Shown: in pieces, positions 24,836 through 37,291 of the stretch
How the letters are laid out: each line of letters begins with the position of its first letter
Position numbering within the stretch: position 1 is the stretch's first letter
Assembly: GCA_013239625.1 (NCBI GenBank)
Contig: MU056050.1
Location: 792,084-856,083, forward strand
DNA from: Lama guanicoe
Taxonomy: Eukaryota
Length of the DNA: 64,000 nucleotides
Direction: 5' to 3'
Notes under the pieces: generated by a model
Database searches by the model: none
What the model was told of the DNA's origin: nothing
Seen by the model: the letters and a program-made list of their open reading frames with translations, nothing else
Program-made: the position numbers and the translations under genes

Positions 24836-26669
24836 ATATAAGACCTCTAGATCCTTGCAAAGTCCTTCTCCCCATCTTGCTCTCCCCTATCCTCTGCCTA
24901 GTATTTCTCAGTGTCCAAATACAATTTGTGAACCCACACAGCTTATGTTGTGTGCTTTTGCTGGGCACTTCTCCTTCTGTGCTATTACCAGGCACTAGTT
25001 TCCCCCTGGCTACTACTGTAGCCTGCTGTTTGTGTGTGTTGGGGATGGTGCTTGGTACTTGTAGTCTGTTCACTCTTAGGGGCTGAATCATTGCCTGCTG
25101 TACTGCTCAGGGGAAATGGCAGTCTCCTACTGGGTGCTGCCCTCTTCCCTTGTACACTATTGCTGCTCCTCTAGACACACTTGCTCTGGGAATTCAAAGT
25201 GCTGATGGTGGAACAGATAAGCAGTGCTCTGTGGCAGAAAGACCCCTCTTTTATTTTATCCTGTATGTTTAGAGGAGTTCCTGAATAATCTGCTTCTCTC
25301 CCAGAGTGTTGGAACTTTTTGTTGAAACAGCATTTTGCAATTTATAGACACAATACTGTCTTCTTAGAACTCAGACATGTATCCATGAGCGTGGGCCAAG
25401 GACAGATTTGAGTGGTAGTCAGTTGCTAAATGTGAAATTACTTTTTCCTTCAGATCACTAAGACTTTGTTGCAGGGTCAAGTTTTTTTGTCTTTTCCCAT
25501 CTGTCTGTCTCTTCCTGTAGGATGAATTTCCTCCCAAAAGCTTCTTTATCTCCTAAGCCTATTCTACCAGATTTCTTCAAGAGTTTCTTAACCACAGCAA
25601 TGGCAATAGTTTAGGCTCAAGCTTGGCTCACTTGAATGGAGAAAAAGTTATTTGATTTTGTAGTGCCCAGTGTGACCTCTTCGAAGGCATAGTAATCAAC
25701 ACTGGTACAGTTTTGAATAGAATCTGATTTTCCTTTAAAAAAAAAAGATTTAAGCAGATGAATTAACCAATAGGAGCTATTAAACTGTATTTTTAAGATA
25801 CATTTTTACATTTCCAACTTGTTAAAAAAGATTCTTTAATAAAAATAATACCCATCAGTACCCAAAGCCCCAACTACTACCTCTTTCCCTTTTTGGATTT
25901 ATGCTGCATGTCATTATTATTTCCTTCATGAATTCTGTCAGCATAGTAGTAAGAGAATGTGGCCATAAGAAATAGCTTTTTATCAAAATTAAGCAGCTTT
26001 GCAAAGTCATACTTCCATCTGGCTGTATTTTCAAAATGCATGGCTGCAAAGAAAACTTACCCTGTTGCTGAGATCAAAATCTTTTAGTCTTCAGTGATTG
26101 AGTATTGGTGATGATAGAATTTAAAGAACAGCATGTGTTGGAGAATTTCTAGTATTTAGTATATAGTATATGGTATTGTAGTAATTTCACAAAAGTTATT
26201 TCAGTAATATTCTGAGCCTTAACATTTTTTTATGATCTGAGAATTTAGGGTCAGATTTGGGTGATTTAGATTAGTGCTCATGAATTGAGCCTCCAAAAGT
26301 CTTGCTAAGCCAAAGCAAATGTAATGAAATTGAAGATTCTCCGATTGTAGCCCAGCCCAATTTCCAAAGTTTACAAATGGGATAAATTTGGAAGAAAGAG
26401 AGTTTATCAGGTAATACCCAAAATATAAGTCAAGTTCAAAGCTTACTAATAAAAAGGTAGATATTTCAGCTGTGCAGACAATGCCAATGAAATGCTAAAA
26501 TCATTCCTTGTGTGCAAAGGAAGACATTTTGCTGATTCTATGAACATTTATTATTCACTTTCTTTGTATTAGATGCTTATAATCCCTTAATAAAGTATTA
26601 TTTGCGTATGTCTGTAATCCTAAAAGCCACTTCCTTAAGTACTCCTCAGTATTCATATACAGATTTTAA

Positions 26670-26850
26670 TTATTTTTATTGAAAATAGCTTAATAATTAC
26701 AAAATATGCTTATTGTAGAAAGATTAGAAATATAATCAAGCAAAAAGTTTTCTAAAAACCACAGATAATCCTATTATCCAGAAATAACCATCACATCAGC
26801 TGGGTGACTGTCTTTCCAAGCCTGTTCTTTGTATATACTTCATTTTATAA
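26670..26850 (-). mobile_element. Old L1 (L1ME-like) 3' end fragment
   Basis: ATATGCTTATTGTAGAAAGATTAGAAAT...ATCCAGAAATAACCA pattern. Confidence 0.5.
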
Positions 26851-27537
26851 GAATGTATTTCTAAAACAGCTTACTCTCTTCCCAACTTTCCTTCTTAAGT
26901 GTAGTATGATAATTATTATTTAACTTGGTCATGATTACTTAACTTTATCATGATTACTCAGTTATGATTATAAGCATCAGGTATTGTGCTGTTCTTTTAA
27001 TCTAAGATTGTTATATGAAGTCTTCATTCTTGAGGTCTGGGAAAGGCAGTTAAGAGGCTACTTCTAATCTAAAGAGAGCTTCAGGACTCAATGAAATCAA
27101 TACCACATTAGAGCAAGGGTACACATGTTCAGAAATTGTCCTGAATCACCTATGGACCGTCACCTGCAGAAATTTTCTTCATACTTCATGCTTGATAGGG
27201 TGTTCTGAAAGAATGCTTCAGTCTCAAGGGTGGGTATAAGCATAGGTGTTTGAGGTGATTTCAAACAAAATTGTGGCCACAGGTTTAGGCTTTGTAACTA
27301 GTATGAAGTCTAGTTGATGGTTTATAGATTATGATTTGAAGGATGTTAGAAAATATATCAAAAAATGTCTCTCCAGAGATACTTCTCACCATGTATAAAT
27401 TCACCATTAGAATTATTTCTTAGGTATAGAGCATTCAAGGCCACTGTGAAAATACAAATGTGTTATCTTGGAGGGGAATTACCATAAACTACCATCGTCC
27501 AGAATCACCTGAGTTTGAATGAGAAATGGAACTCAGC

Positions 27538-27605
27538 AGATAGCACAGTGCCTGGCATATAGTAGTTGCATGACAAGTAAATTTGTTACTTGAATGTCGA
27601 ATAAA
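27538..27605 (+). mobile_element. L2 3' terminal fragment
   Basis: TAGCACAGTGCCTGGCATATAGTAG...AAATTTGTTACTTGAAT. Confidence 0.7.
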
Positions 27606-27684
27606 AGGGTACAGAGATTTTGACATAAGCTTGAACAGAAATGGCCCAGAAAGTAGGACAGAAGAACATCAAGTACAAGTAATG

Positions 27685-27784
27685 GTATGCATGCTAGCAT
27701 GCAGGAGGTCCTGGGTTCAATCCCCAGTACCTCCATTTAAAAAAAAATGAATAAATCCAATCAACACCACCCTCCCAAACCTGG
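27685..27784 (+). mobile_element. 5'-truncated tRNA-Ala-derived SINE (camelid Vic-1-like)
   Basis: GCATGCTAGCATGCAGGAGGTCCTGGGTTCAATCCCCAGTACCTCCA (anticodon arm plus B box), then A-rich AATAAA tail and C-rich end; TSD-like CAAGTAATG / CAAATAATG. Confidence 0.8.
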
Positions 27785-29157
27785 CAAATAATGTCTCCTT
27801 TGCTGGTCTCAATTAATGGAGTGTTCAGTGTTCACAGCTTGTGGAATGATGACTACGGCAAATAAAGCAGATGAGGAAAAATGTGCTGTACCTTTTGCTA
27901 CTCTGCAGAAGACATTTAGACTAGAGACTGAATTCCCTAACTCAATTTGAGTTGAATATTATTCCCAGGACGATTAAACAAGAAAACTAGGTAAGGGGAA
28001 GGAAAGATACACAGTTTTCTAGATGGGCTGAAGTTATTGCCAAGTTTCAACAAGGCAGTTCTCACCTAAGGGTATGAGACAATTATTATTTGAATGAGAA
28101 AACAAACCTTTTTCATAGTTGGCTACATCTATGGTTAAAACTTTGGATCGAGTTTGCTCGTCTCCTGTCAGTGCACTCTACTTATAGGAAAATTATTCCA
28201 GAGCAAATAGAATATAATGCTGAACTGGTTAGTAAAGTTAGGCTACCTGACCTGGGAGCAAGAATCTATGTACCCTATCTGATGAGCCTGTTACTAGCCA
28301 GAGACATATGGGAAAGAACAGGATTATGAAAAGACAAGAAGTAAGTTGCGCAAAGTTTGGCTAAGAAAGAGGAAGGAAATTTAGGCACCCATGGAGCCAT
28401 CTTGGTCAGGCATCAGGAAAGCATCTGGAGTAGGGCTCTGTCCAGGAGAGAAGTTAGGAAAGCTTAAAAGGAGATGGAAAGGCACCAAAGGGTAAGACTG
28501 CGTCTGTGTCATTTTACCATGGCTTGCAGAATATTAGGCTCCTGAGGTATAGGAGAGGTAGGAGTTTCCATATACTACATTGGGTTTACTTTTTCTCTTC
28601 TCACTCCTTGGGTTTTATACTGTCTTTTCTCTATGTCCCTCTGCATTGGCTAGAACATTTAGTAATAGCTTTGGATGATGAAAATAGGCTGTGTTTTTAA
28701 AAAAAAAAATGCCAGAAAGTCAAAACTCAGTTCAGAATTTACCTATCTGCTTTCAAATTTTCTTTCTATGAGTGGATATTTTAGTTATGAAAACTCAAAT
28801 TACAGTATGGATGTCAGGGAAAACCCAATAAAGGTAAACTAATAGACTTTAATATATGGTGAAATTTACTGCATGCATTTTTAAAATTTTAGAAACATAT
28901 TTAAAATATGTGGCTCTTGTCTTTGAGAGAAAAGTGGGAAAAAAATCTATGCATTCCAGGAAGCAGCCCAATTTTAATTAAAAAATGCCAAGCTAATTTG
29001 TCTCCCTCTCAGAGCCACTGATATTTTGCCTTTGGGCTGTTGTGTAGACTTGTCTGCCAGTTGTCTGAATATAAATAACTCTAATTTTCACACTTGTCTT
29101 TTCTTACAGTTTATCAGAATGGTTGCTTATAGCAGCAAATTAATTTCTGATGAGCAT

Positions 29158-29245
29158 GTATGAATATACACATATATATGAGAGAGAGATGACAAGAGAG
29201 ACAGAGAGATTGAGACAGAGAGAGAGCGCGCACATGAGAGCGCAC
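29158..29245 (+). repeat. Compound (TA)/(GA)/(GC) microsatellite
   Basis: ATATATAT-GAGAGAGAGA...GAGAGAGCGCGC. Confidence 0.75.
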
Positions 29246-29328
29246 CAGGGTGAAAGAGTGAGCTAGCACATAACTCACCAACAAAAGACTATTTTTATCA
29301 GTTTTATGAAAATAAAAAAGAACATAGC

Positions 29329-29920
29329 TGTGTTCAGGGTCACCAAGACAACCCTCCATTTGGATGAATTTCTAGAAGGACTCATAGAAGAGCTGTACTC
29401 ATCATTGTGGTTCGTTATAGTGAAAGGATACAAATTAAAATCAACAAAGCAAAAAGGCGCTGAGGGCAAAGTCCAGGAGAAACTGGGCACAGGCTTCACG
29501 TTGTCCTCTCCCAGTGGCGTTGCGCAGGCAGCATTTAAGTCTCCCATTACACGTGGAAAGTGTTGCCAAACAGTAAGCTCACCGGAGCCTTGGTGGCCAG
29601 GGTTTTATTAGGGGCCAGTCTCATAGGCATGGAGCTCCACATGATTGGCCTTGGCTACTTGGTCTCCCTCACAGTCCCCCCAACCTCCACCAGATCAAAC
29701 TTCAGTGTGGCCCAGGGTAACATAGTAGTGTTCAAGGTAAATCCCATTGTTAGCATATTCTATCTGGGGTGGTCCAGGCCCCAGGGATACAAACACTCTT
29801 ATCAGGTAGGATATTCCAAGGTTTTATACATTATTTCCTAATTAAGGGTTCTCCTGAAGACCTTTGGAATATGCAGGATTTGGATAACCCAGGCCTGAAG
29901 AGTTAACCCTTTACTGCACA
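29329..29920 (-). mobile_element. ERVL-class solo LTR (MER21-like)
   Basis: TG...CAGGGTCACCAAGACAACCC; GAAAGGATACAAATTAAAATCAACAAAG; ends GAGTTAACCCTTTACTGCACA. Confidence 0.8.
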
Positions 29921-30263
29921 TGTGGTGCCATTTGCAGAGGATTTTCATACAATTCTGAATGCTGAATTACTTCCTTGATAAGTGTCTGCTTTTGCCCTCA
30001 AAATGTTGAAGGAAGTGGACAACATTGCCTTAGGTTGAAGGGGCTGCTTCTGCAGTGTACATGTTCTAAGGGTAATTAACTAGCATTGTGGAAACCAGTA
30101 CCAGACACCTGATTTGTGGAACAGTCAGGACCACTAGTCTTATGTGTGTTATGGTTGTTTCTAGAGTCCTCTCATAATCATGTTAAAATATTTCCTGGAA
30201 GGAGAAATATGTCCTGGTTTACTATTCCTGCCCCTCCATCAGTTTCTTTATCCTTTTATGTAG

Positions 30264-30356
30264 CATGTAATCCAGCAAAGAAGAAACCAGAATGGATAGA
30301 AACATTTTTGTCTGAAAAAGTAGGAGCAAAGGTCTGGGCACAGAGTGCTGAAAATG
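30264..30356 (+). other. Candidate 93-nt cassette exon (unverified)
   Basis: TTTCTTTATCCTTTTATGTAG| acceptor, ATG|GTAAGC donor, purine-rich body, open phase 1-1 frame CNPAKKKPEWIETFLSEKVGAKVWAQSAEN. Confidence 0.3.
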
Positions 30357-32234
30357 GTAAGCTTGTGACCATCCACGGGATTCCCGAGAATCAAGGGAGC
30401 AGTCTGAGGACAGGGTACATGGGGAATTTTCAATATGAATTCAATATGAAGATACATTTCTCTAACTTCCCAAATTTGTTTTTGACGGCAGGCCCTGGGG
30501 ATATGATGTGTCTTTAGACTTTGCGCTTACCTGTCAGTCTCACTTGGTTTCAAACATTTGGAGGAATATAATGGATACATAAGGTATATGGGTATCCATG
30601 GCTTGTATCTAAGACCTCTTACCCTTGGTAACAAGCTTAATTCCAGACTGCACGTGTGGGTACAACAGGGATGGATACAGTGGTGGGAGTTTAAAGAAAA
30701 GCCATCACAGTTTGCTGAAGGTGGACTGGAGTATAGAGTAACATACCTGATCTTACTCAACATAGATAAGGTTTAGTGAAAAGAGCGGTATAATTAAATG
30801 TTATGAATGTATCATTTCATACCTAGATAATTTGAATTACCTAGAAAATAGAAACTTGTTAATTAAATGGTATTTTAGAACCAAACTGAGTTCTTCATGA
30901 TTTGGATCCTGGATGGATTTCGTATTATGTGCCCTGTTATAATAGGGAGTATTTGGTAAACACTGATCTGAGTAAACTTGGGCCTTGAGTATTAATGGTG
31001 ATGCCTGAACATGTTTAATACACAGAAAACTTCATAAGAATAACTTACCAAAACAGTAAGTTATACTAAAAACATTTTGGAGGGGCTTTAACTGGTAGTT
31101 CAGTTTTATGTTGGTCTTTGTCCTTTATAGAATATAGAATTTCTTGCACTTCAGATTCTGCCAAGTTGTTTGTATAAAAGAACCTCCTACTTTTTTTTTT
31201 TGGTAATTAAGTTCTGAAATTGCTTTGGATTTTGTTAAATAGGCATTGATTTAATATTTGTTTGTTTTCCAAATGTATTTTACTTTTAAACTGTTAAATT
31301 TAAAGGCTGTATGATTTTTTTCTTAAATAAGGAGCTACCTGTTTCTAAGTTTTCTACCCTCCATTTCCCCCTCTTCTCTTTCGTGCTACTCTCATTTTTT
31401 CTTCTCCTCTGCCACCTTTTTTCCCTCCTATTCATCAATCCATCTATCCCTTAAATATTTACTTAGCTCTCTCTTATTTACAAGGACAGTGTTAGCTACT
31501 AGGGACAAATTGAGTACAGCTCATGTCTTTTTCTTAATATTTTCACTGGGTCACTTAAATTTAGCATTGGCGGTCTTTTTACTTTACATTCTTGTGGCTG
31601 TGAAGTATTACCTCATTTAGGTTTTAATTTGTACTTCTCTAATGATTAATGGTGTTGAGTAGCTTTTCATGTACTCATTTGCCACTCATACACCTTATTT
31701 TGTGAAGTGTTTAGCTCTTTGGTTAATTTTTATTGGATTATTTGTCTTTTAAAATTTATTATAGGAATTGTAAGCTCTGGATTCAAGTCCTTTTTCAGAT
31801 ATATGCATGGAAAACATATTCTCCCAGTCTGTAGCTTCTTTACTCTTTTAATGGTATATTTTGATAAAGAGAAGTTAATTTTAAATGAAGAAAAATTCAT
31901 CAGTGTTTCTTTTATGTTTAGTATTTTTGTGTCCTAAGAAAAATCTGCCTACCCAAGGTGATAAGATATTCACCTATGTTTACTTCTAGAAGCCACAGTT
32001 TTAGCTTTCATGCTTGAATCTATTATCTATCAACAATTAAATTTTGTATGTGGTGTGATGTAGAGGTCAATATTCATTTTCTTTCAATTTTAGTGGTATT
32101 TTTTAGAGCAATTTTAGATCACAGCAAAATTGAAGAGAAGGTACTCTTTACCTCCCTCACCACCACCTCCCCCACTACCATACGTATCAAGTTTTGTGCC
32201 TCGTGTGAGTAGAGGTCAAGGTTAATTTTTCCCC

Positions 32235-33630
32235 ATTGTAATAGATTTTAGAGCAGTTTTAGATACACAGCGAAACTGCGTGGAATGTACCCCCTGCCCG
32301 GACAAATGCACCACTGCCCCCAGCAGTCAACATCCTATGCCACAGTAACACATTTGTTAAAACCTGTAAACCTACATTGATACATTATTATCACCCCAAA
32401 TCCATAGTTTACATTAGTTTCTTCTTGGTGTTGCACAGTCTATGGGTTTTGATAAATTTAAAATGACATATATCTACCATTGTAATATCATACAGAATAG
32501 TGTCAGTGTCCTAAAAGTCCTTTGTGCTCTGCCGGTTTCTCTCTCCCTCCTCCCTAACCCCTGACAACCACTGATCTTTTTACTTTCTCCATAGTTTGCC
32601 TTTTCCAGAATGTCATATAGTTGGAATCATGGTGTATGTAGCCTTTTCAGATTGACTTCTTTCACTTAAATATTTGTTTAAGGTTCCTCCCTGTTTTTTC
32701 ATGGCTTGATAGGCTCGTTTCTTTTTACTGCTGAATAATATTCCATAATCTGGATGTACCATAGTTTATTTATCCATTCACCTGGTGAAGGACATTTTGG
32801 TTGCTTCAGTTTTCACAGTTAAGAATGGAGTTACTATAAACACGTATGTGCAGGTTTTTGTGTAGATGCAAGTTTTCACCTCCTTTGGGCAAACACTAAG
32901 GAGTACAATTGCTGGATCATATAGTAAGAGTGTGTATTTTTCTAAGAAACTGGCAAACTATGTTCCACTGTGGCTGTACCATTTTTCATTCCAACCAGTA
33001 ATGAATGAGAATTCCTGTTGCTCCACATCCTTGTTGGCATTTGATATTGTCTGTGTTTCAGATTTTGCCCATTCTAATAGGTGTGTAATGGAGTCACACT
33101 GTTGTTTTAATTTGCATTTTCCTGTGAACATATGATGCTGAGCATCTTTTCATATGCTTATTTAGCATCTGTGTATCTTTGGTGGAGTGTCTGTTAAGGT
33201 CTTTAGTCTGTTTTTAAAACTGGATTCTGTTTTCTTATTATTGAGTTTTAAGAGTTCTTTGTGTATTTTGGATAACAGTCCTTTATCAGATGTGTCTTCA
33301 GCAAATATTTTCTCCCAGTCTGTGGCTTGTGTTCTCATTCTGTTAGTATTAGCATAATCTTTTGCAGAATGAAAGTTTTTAATTTTAATGACGTCCAGCT
33401 CAATTACTTCTCTCATGGATCATTCTTTTGGTGTTGCTTCTAAATAGTTATTGCCATATTCAAGGACATCTAGATTTTCTTGTATCTTATCTTCTAGGAG
33501 ATTTTCATTTTACATTTAGGTCTATAATCCAAGTTGAGTTAATTTTCATGAAGGGTGTAAGTTCTGTGTCTAGATTCACTTTTCTTTCACCGATAGATGT
33601 CCAGCTGTTCTAGCAGCATTTATTGAATCA
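32235..33630 (-). mobile_element. L1MC/L1MD-like element (3' UTR and ORF2 C-terminus) nested in older L1
   Basis: TTTTAGAGCAGTTTTAGATACACAG 3' end; ORF 33162-33416(-) IKIKNF...QATDWEKIFA..SDKGLLSKIHKELLKLN matches the L1 ORF2 C-terminal region. Confidence 0.85.
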
Positions 33631-35033
33631 TTTGTCCATTTAAAAAATAGGATTATCCTATAATTCCTACAACATATGTTGGAAAACCTTTTCTCTAGTG
33701 GAATTGTTTTGGTGCCTGTTTGAAAATTAATTGACTGTATATTTGTGGGCCTATTTTTGTATTTTTTACTCTGTTAATCTGTCTATTGTACCAATAATCA
33801 TGTCTTAATGATTATATTTTTAAATAGAATAACTCTTTAGGTAGTGTAAGTCCTCTGACTTCGGAGCCATAGCTCAAATTGGAGAAAGCTGATATTTTGA
33901 AGTCTTGTAATCAGTGAGCATAATAAATACCGTAATCTTCTTACGTATCCTTCAGTTTTGCTCATCAGTATTTTATAACTTTCAGTAGAGACTTTATATA
34001 TCTTTTATTACATTTAGTTTTAATTATTATTTTGCTATTAGAAACAATAACATAGAATTTATTTTTTGCTTGTTCATAGGGTAAAATACAATTGATTTTT
34101 TATTGGCCTTTTACATTAGTTAATATTTCAAGGGTTTTTGTGGGTTCCTTAGAATTTTCTATATGTACAGTTATCTCATCTATGAAAAAGTCTTATTTCT
34201 CTTCCTTTCTAATATTTAAGCCTTTATTTTTTCTTTCTGCCTCACTGTACTCATTAGGACCTTGAGGTCAGTGTTGAATAGAAGTGATGAGAGTGAAATG
34301 CTTATCTGATTTTTAAATTTAGGGGCCCAATGGCCACTATTTCACCATTACATATGATTTTAACTGCATGTTTTGCTTGTGGATGCCATTTATCAAATCA
34401 AGAAATTTTATTTCTGTTGCCAATTTGCTGAGACTTCTTATCAAATGGAGGTAATGAGTATTATCAAATGCTTTCTCTACATTTACTAAAATGGTTGTTT
34501 GCTTCTTGAGCTTTATTCTGTTAATGTGGTAAATAAGATTGTAAAAATCAATGTTACAAAAAAAAAAAGACAACCCTTCTATTTTCCAAATAAACTCGCT
34601 GTGGTTGTTTTTATTAGTATGGGATTCAGTTTGGAATGTTTAGGTTTTTGTATCTCTGTTCTTGAATGATGTTGACATGTAATTATTCTTTCTCATAATG
34701 TTTTTTGTCACGTATTGGAGTTAAAATTACATTGATTTCATTAAATAATTGGGGAGGTGTTCCCTTTTTAAAATCTTATATTATGTTCATTAATCCCTTA
34801 ATGTTTAATAAAATTTACCAGGAAAGGCCTCTAAGCCTGGAGTTTTCTTTGTGGGGAGATAATTACAAATTTAATTCCTTTAATAGTTGTAAGGTTATTT
34901 AGATGTGAAAACTACCAAGAAACAAGTTTTACTTTTCTATGAATTTGTCTATTTCAACTAAATTTTCATTTTTATTTTGAATTTCATTGTTCATTTTGAT
35001 TTTCTGCTAACTTCTTGAGAGGAATGCCTAGAT

Positions 35034-35247
35034 CAGACGTCAGCAAAGTGTTTTTTTTTAAAGCTCCATTTTAGTAGATATTTTAGGCTTGTGAACCAGA
35101 TAGTCTTTGTCTCAGTTACTCATCTCGTCTATTGTAGCACAAAAGCAGGCATAGGCAATACTTAAAAAATGAGTGTGGCTGTGTTTTCTTAAAGACTATT
35201 TACAAAAGCAGATGACTGGCCTGTGGGCCATAGTTTGCAAACTTGTT
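35034..35247. mobile_element. MER58A hAT-Charlie MITE
   Basis: CAG..GTCAGCAAA...ATATTTTAGGCTT...GGCCTGTGGGCCATAGTTTGC. Confidence 0.8.
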
Positions 35248-35739
35248 ACTTACATCATTGATTTTCAGCTTGCCTTCTTTGTTCAGTTACGCATTTAAGA
35301 TTTAACATTTTCCTCTAAGCCTTAAGTTTTGATATTTCACATTTTCATGATTATTTAGTTCCAAATATTTAAATAAATTCCATTGTGATTTCTTTTTTGG
35401 CCCCATGGTTATTTTGAACTATATTGCTTAGCTTCAAAGCATGTAAGGATTTTTAAAGTGATATTTTGTTATTTTATATTAATAACAGAGAAATACTCTG
35501 AATAATTTAAAGCTTTGTGGTCAATTTTAGTATAATTTTTTGTATACTTGTAAGGGATTGTCTGTTCAGTTTGGTGCACTGTTCTCTATTTGTCAATTAT
35601 GTCTAATTTGTTAATTATTTTGTTCATAAATTCTATATTTTTGTTTGTTTCCTTATTCTAGCAGTTAGTGAGATAACTGTGTTAAAATCTCCCACTATGG
35701 TTTTAGATTTGTCTGTTTTCATTTTCTTTTGTGTGTGGC

Positions 35740-36400
35740 TTAATTTTTTCCCAGTTTTACGGAGATAGGATTGACATACAGCATTGTACAGGCATAGTTT
35801 ATTTTATTGTGCTTCACTTTATTGTGCTTCACAGATACTGTGGGTTTTTTTGTTTGTTTTTTTTTTTAACAAAATGAAGGTTTGTGGCAAACTTGCAATA
35901 TTAGATGATGGTTCACATTTAGCAATAAAATATTTTTGAATTAAGTTATGTTCATTTTTTTTTAGGCATAGTGCTATGGCACATTAGTAGATTATAGTAT
36001 AGTGTAAACATAACTTTTATATGCACTGGGAAACCAAAAAATTTGTATGACTTGCAATATTTGCTTTATTGGGGTGGTCTGCAACCAAACCTGCAATATC
36101 TCCAAGGTATGCGTATGTAACTTTAAGATATACAGCATAGTGACTTATCTTACATATATTGTGCAATTATTACACAATATTACACAATAAGGTTAGTTCC
36201 CATCCATCATCTTATATAAATACAAAGAAAAAAATGTTTCTTTCCTTGTGATAAAAGTTCTTAGGATTTATTCTCTTAACAGCTTTCAAATATACCATAC
36301 ATCGTGGTTACCTATAGTTATCATGTTGTACATCACATCCCTAGTACTTATTTATCTTATAACTGGAATTTTGAACCTCTTGATCAGCTTATTTCCATTT
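35740..36400 (-). mobile_element. L1MA9/L1_Art-like 3' UTR split by a Tigger insertion
   Basis: TTTTCCCAGTTTTA..GAGATAGGATTGACATACAGCATTGTA | ... | TAACTTTAAG...CATGTTGTACATCACATCCCTAGTACTTATTTATCTTATAACTGGAA. Confidence 0.8.
35789..36115 (+). mobile_element. Short Tigger1 derivative (Tigger1a_Art-like)
   Basis: TA|CAGGCATA...TTTATTGTGCTTCACAGATACTG...GCACTGGGAAACCAAAAAATT...ATATCTCCAAGGTATGC. Confidence 0.85.
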
Positions 36401-37077
36401 TCAATCCTATATAATTTTTCCTTACGTATTTCAAATCTATGTTATTAGGTTCATCTAGATTTAGAATTGTTTATCTTCATGGATTGACCCCTTTATCTTA
36501 ACAGAGCATCCCACTCTATCTCTGGTAATGCTTCTTGCCTTGAGGTTTACTTTGTTAGGTCTAGCTTCTTCAGCTTTCTTCTGTTTAGAGTGTGCATGAC
36601 ATCTTTCCCATCTTTTTACTTTCGATTTTCCATTTTCTTATATTTAAGATGTGTTTCCTGCATGAAGCATTTATATTTGTATTTAGTCTGACAACTATTT
36701 AATTGGAGTAGCTTGTTCATTTACATGCACTATAATTAGTACATATATTTGCATTTAAACCTATTTTGCCAGATCCTTCATATGTCTTCCATTCATCCTA
36801 AGTTCATTTTGTCCTTTCTTATCTTGCCTTCTTTTGGATTGACTAGTTCTTATTTTTTTCTTATATTAGCATAGTAACTATATACTCTCTTATTAATATT
36901 TTAGTGGCTACACTAGATATTATAGCAGCCATCCTTGGCTCCTTCCAAGCTTCAAACACACTAACTCCATTTCAACCTTTTTTCAAATTATATGCTGTTC
37001 TAATTGTGTATTTTAAGTTGCTCTGTATTTTGACCCCCAGAAGACATTATTATTGTTGTTGTTGTTTAGGGTCAATA

Positions 37078-37291
37078 CAGTTAACCATTGAACAACATGG
37101 GGGTTGGCCGATACTCTGTGCAGTAGAAAATCCACATATAACTGTATAGTCGGCCCTCTGAATCTGTGGTTCTGCATCCATAGATTCAGCCAGTCATGAA
37201 CTGTGTAGTACTGTAGTACATATTTACTGAAAAAAAAAAATCTACAAGTGTACCCTATCAGTTCAAACTCATGGTGGTCAAAAGTCAACTG
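37078..37291. mobile_element. Tigger2a/MER8-type MITE
   Basis: TA|CAGTTAACCATTGAACAACATG ... CATGGTGGTCAAAAGTCAACTG|TA terminal inverted repeats with TA TSD. Confidence 0.85.

Noticed and set aside
26054..26150. Minus-strand strong donor AGG|GTAAGT
   Set aside because: No good matching acceptor, and the longer candidate has stops in all frames
26108..26218. C/D-box snoRNA (GTGATGA...CTGA)
   Set aside because: No convincing terminal stem, internal C'/D' boxes or recognisable rRNA antisense element
27685..27735. tRNA gene
   Set aside because: It lacks the 5' acceptor/D arm and carries a SINE-type tail, so it is a SINE head
27909..27990. Plus-strand exon-like segment (CTGCAG|...TAG|GTAAGG)
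   Set aside because: Stop codons in all three frames and no other support; at most non-coding
33162..34573. ORFs with reverse-transcriptase / ORF2-like peptides
   Set aside because: Short, frameshifted remnants of L1 ORF2, not a functional or novel RT system
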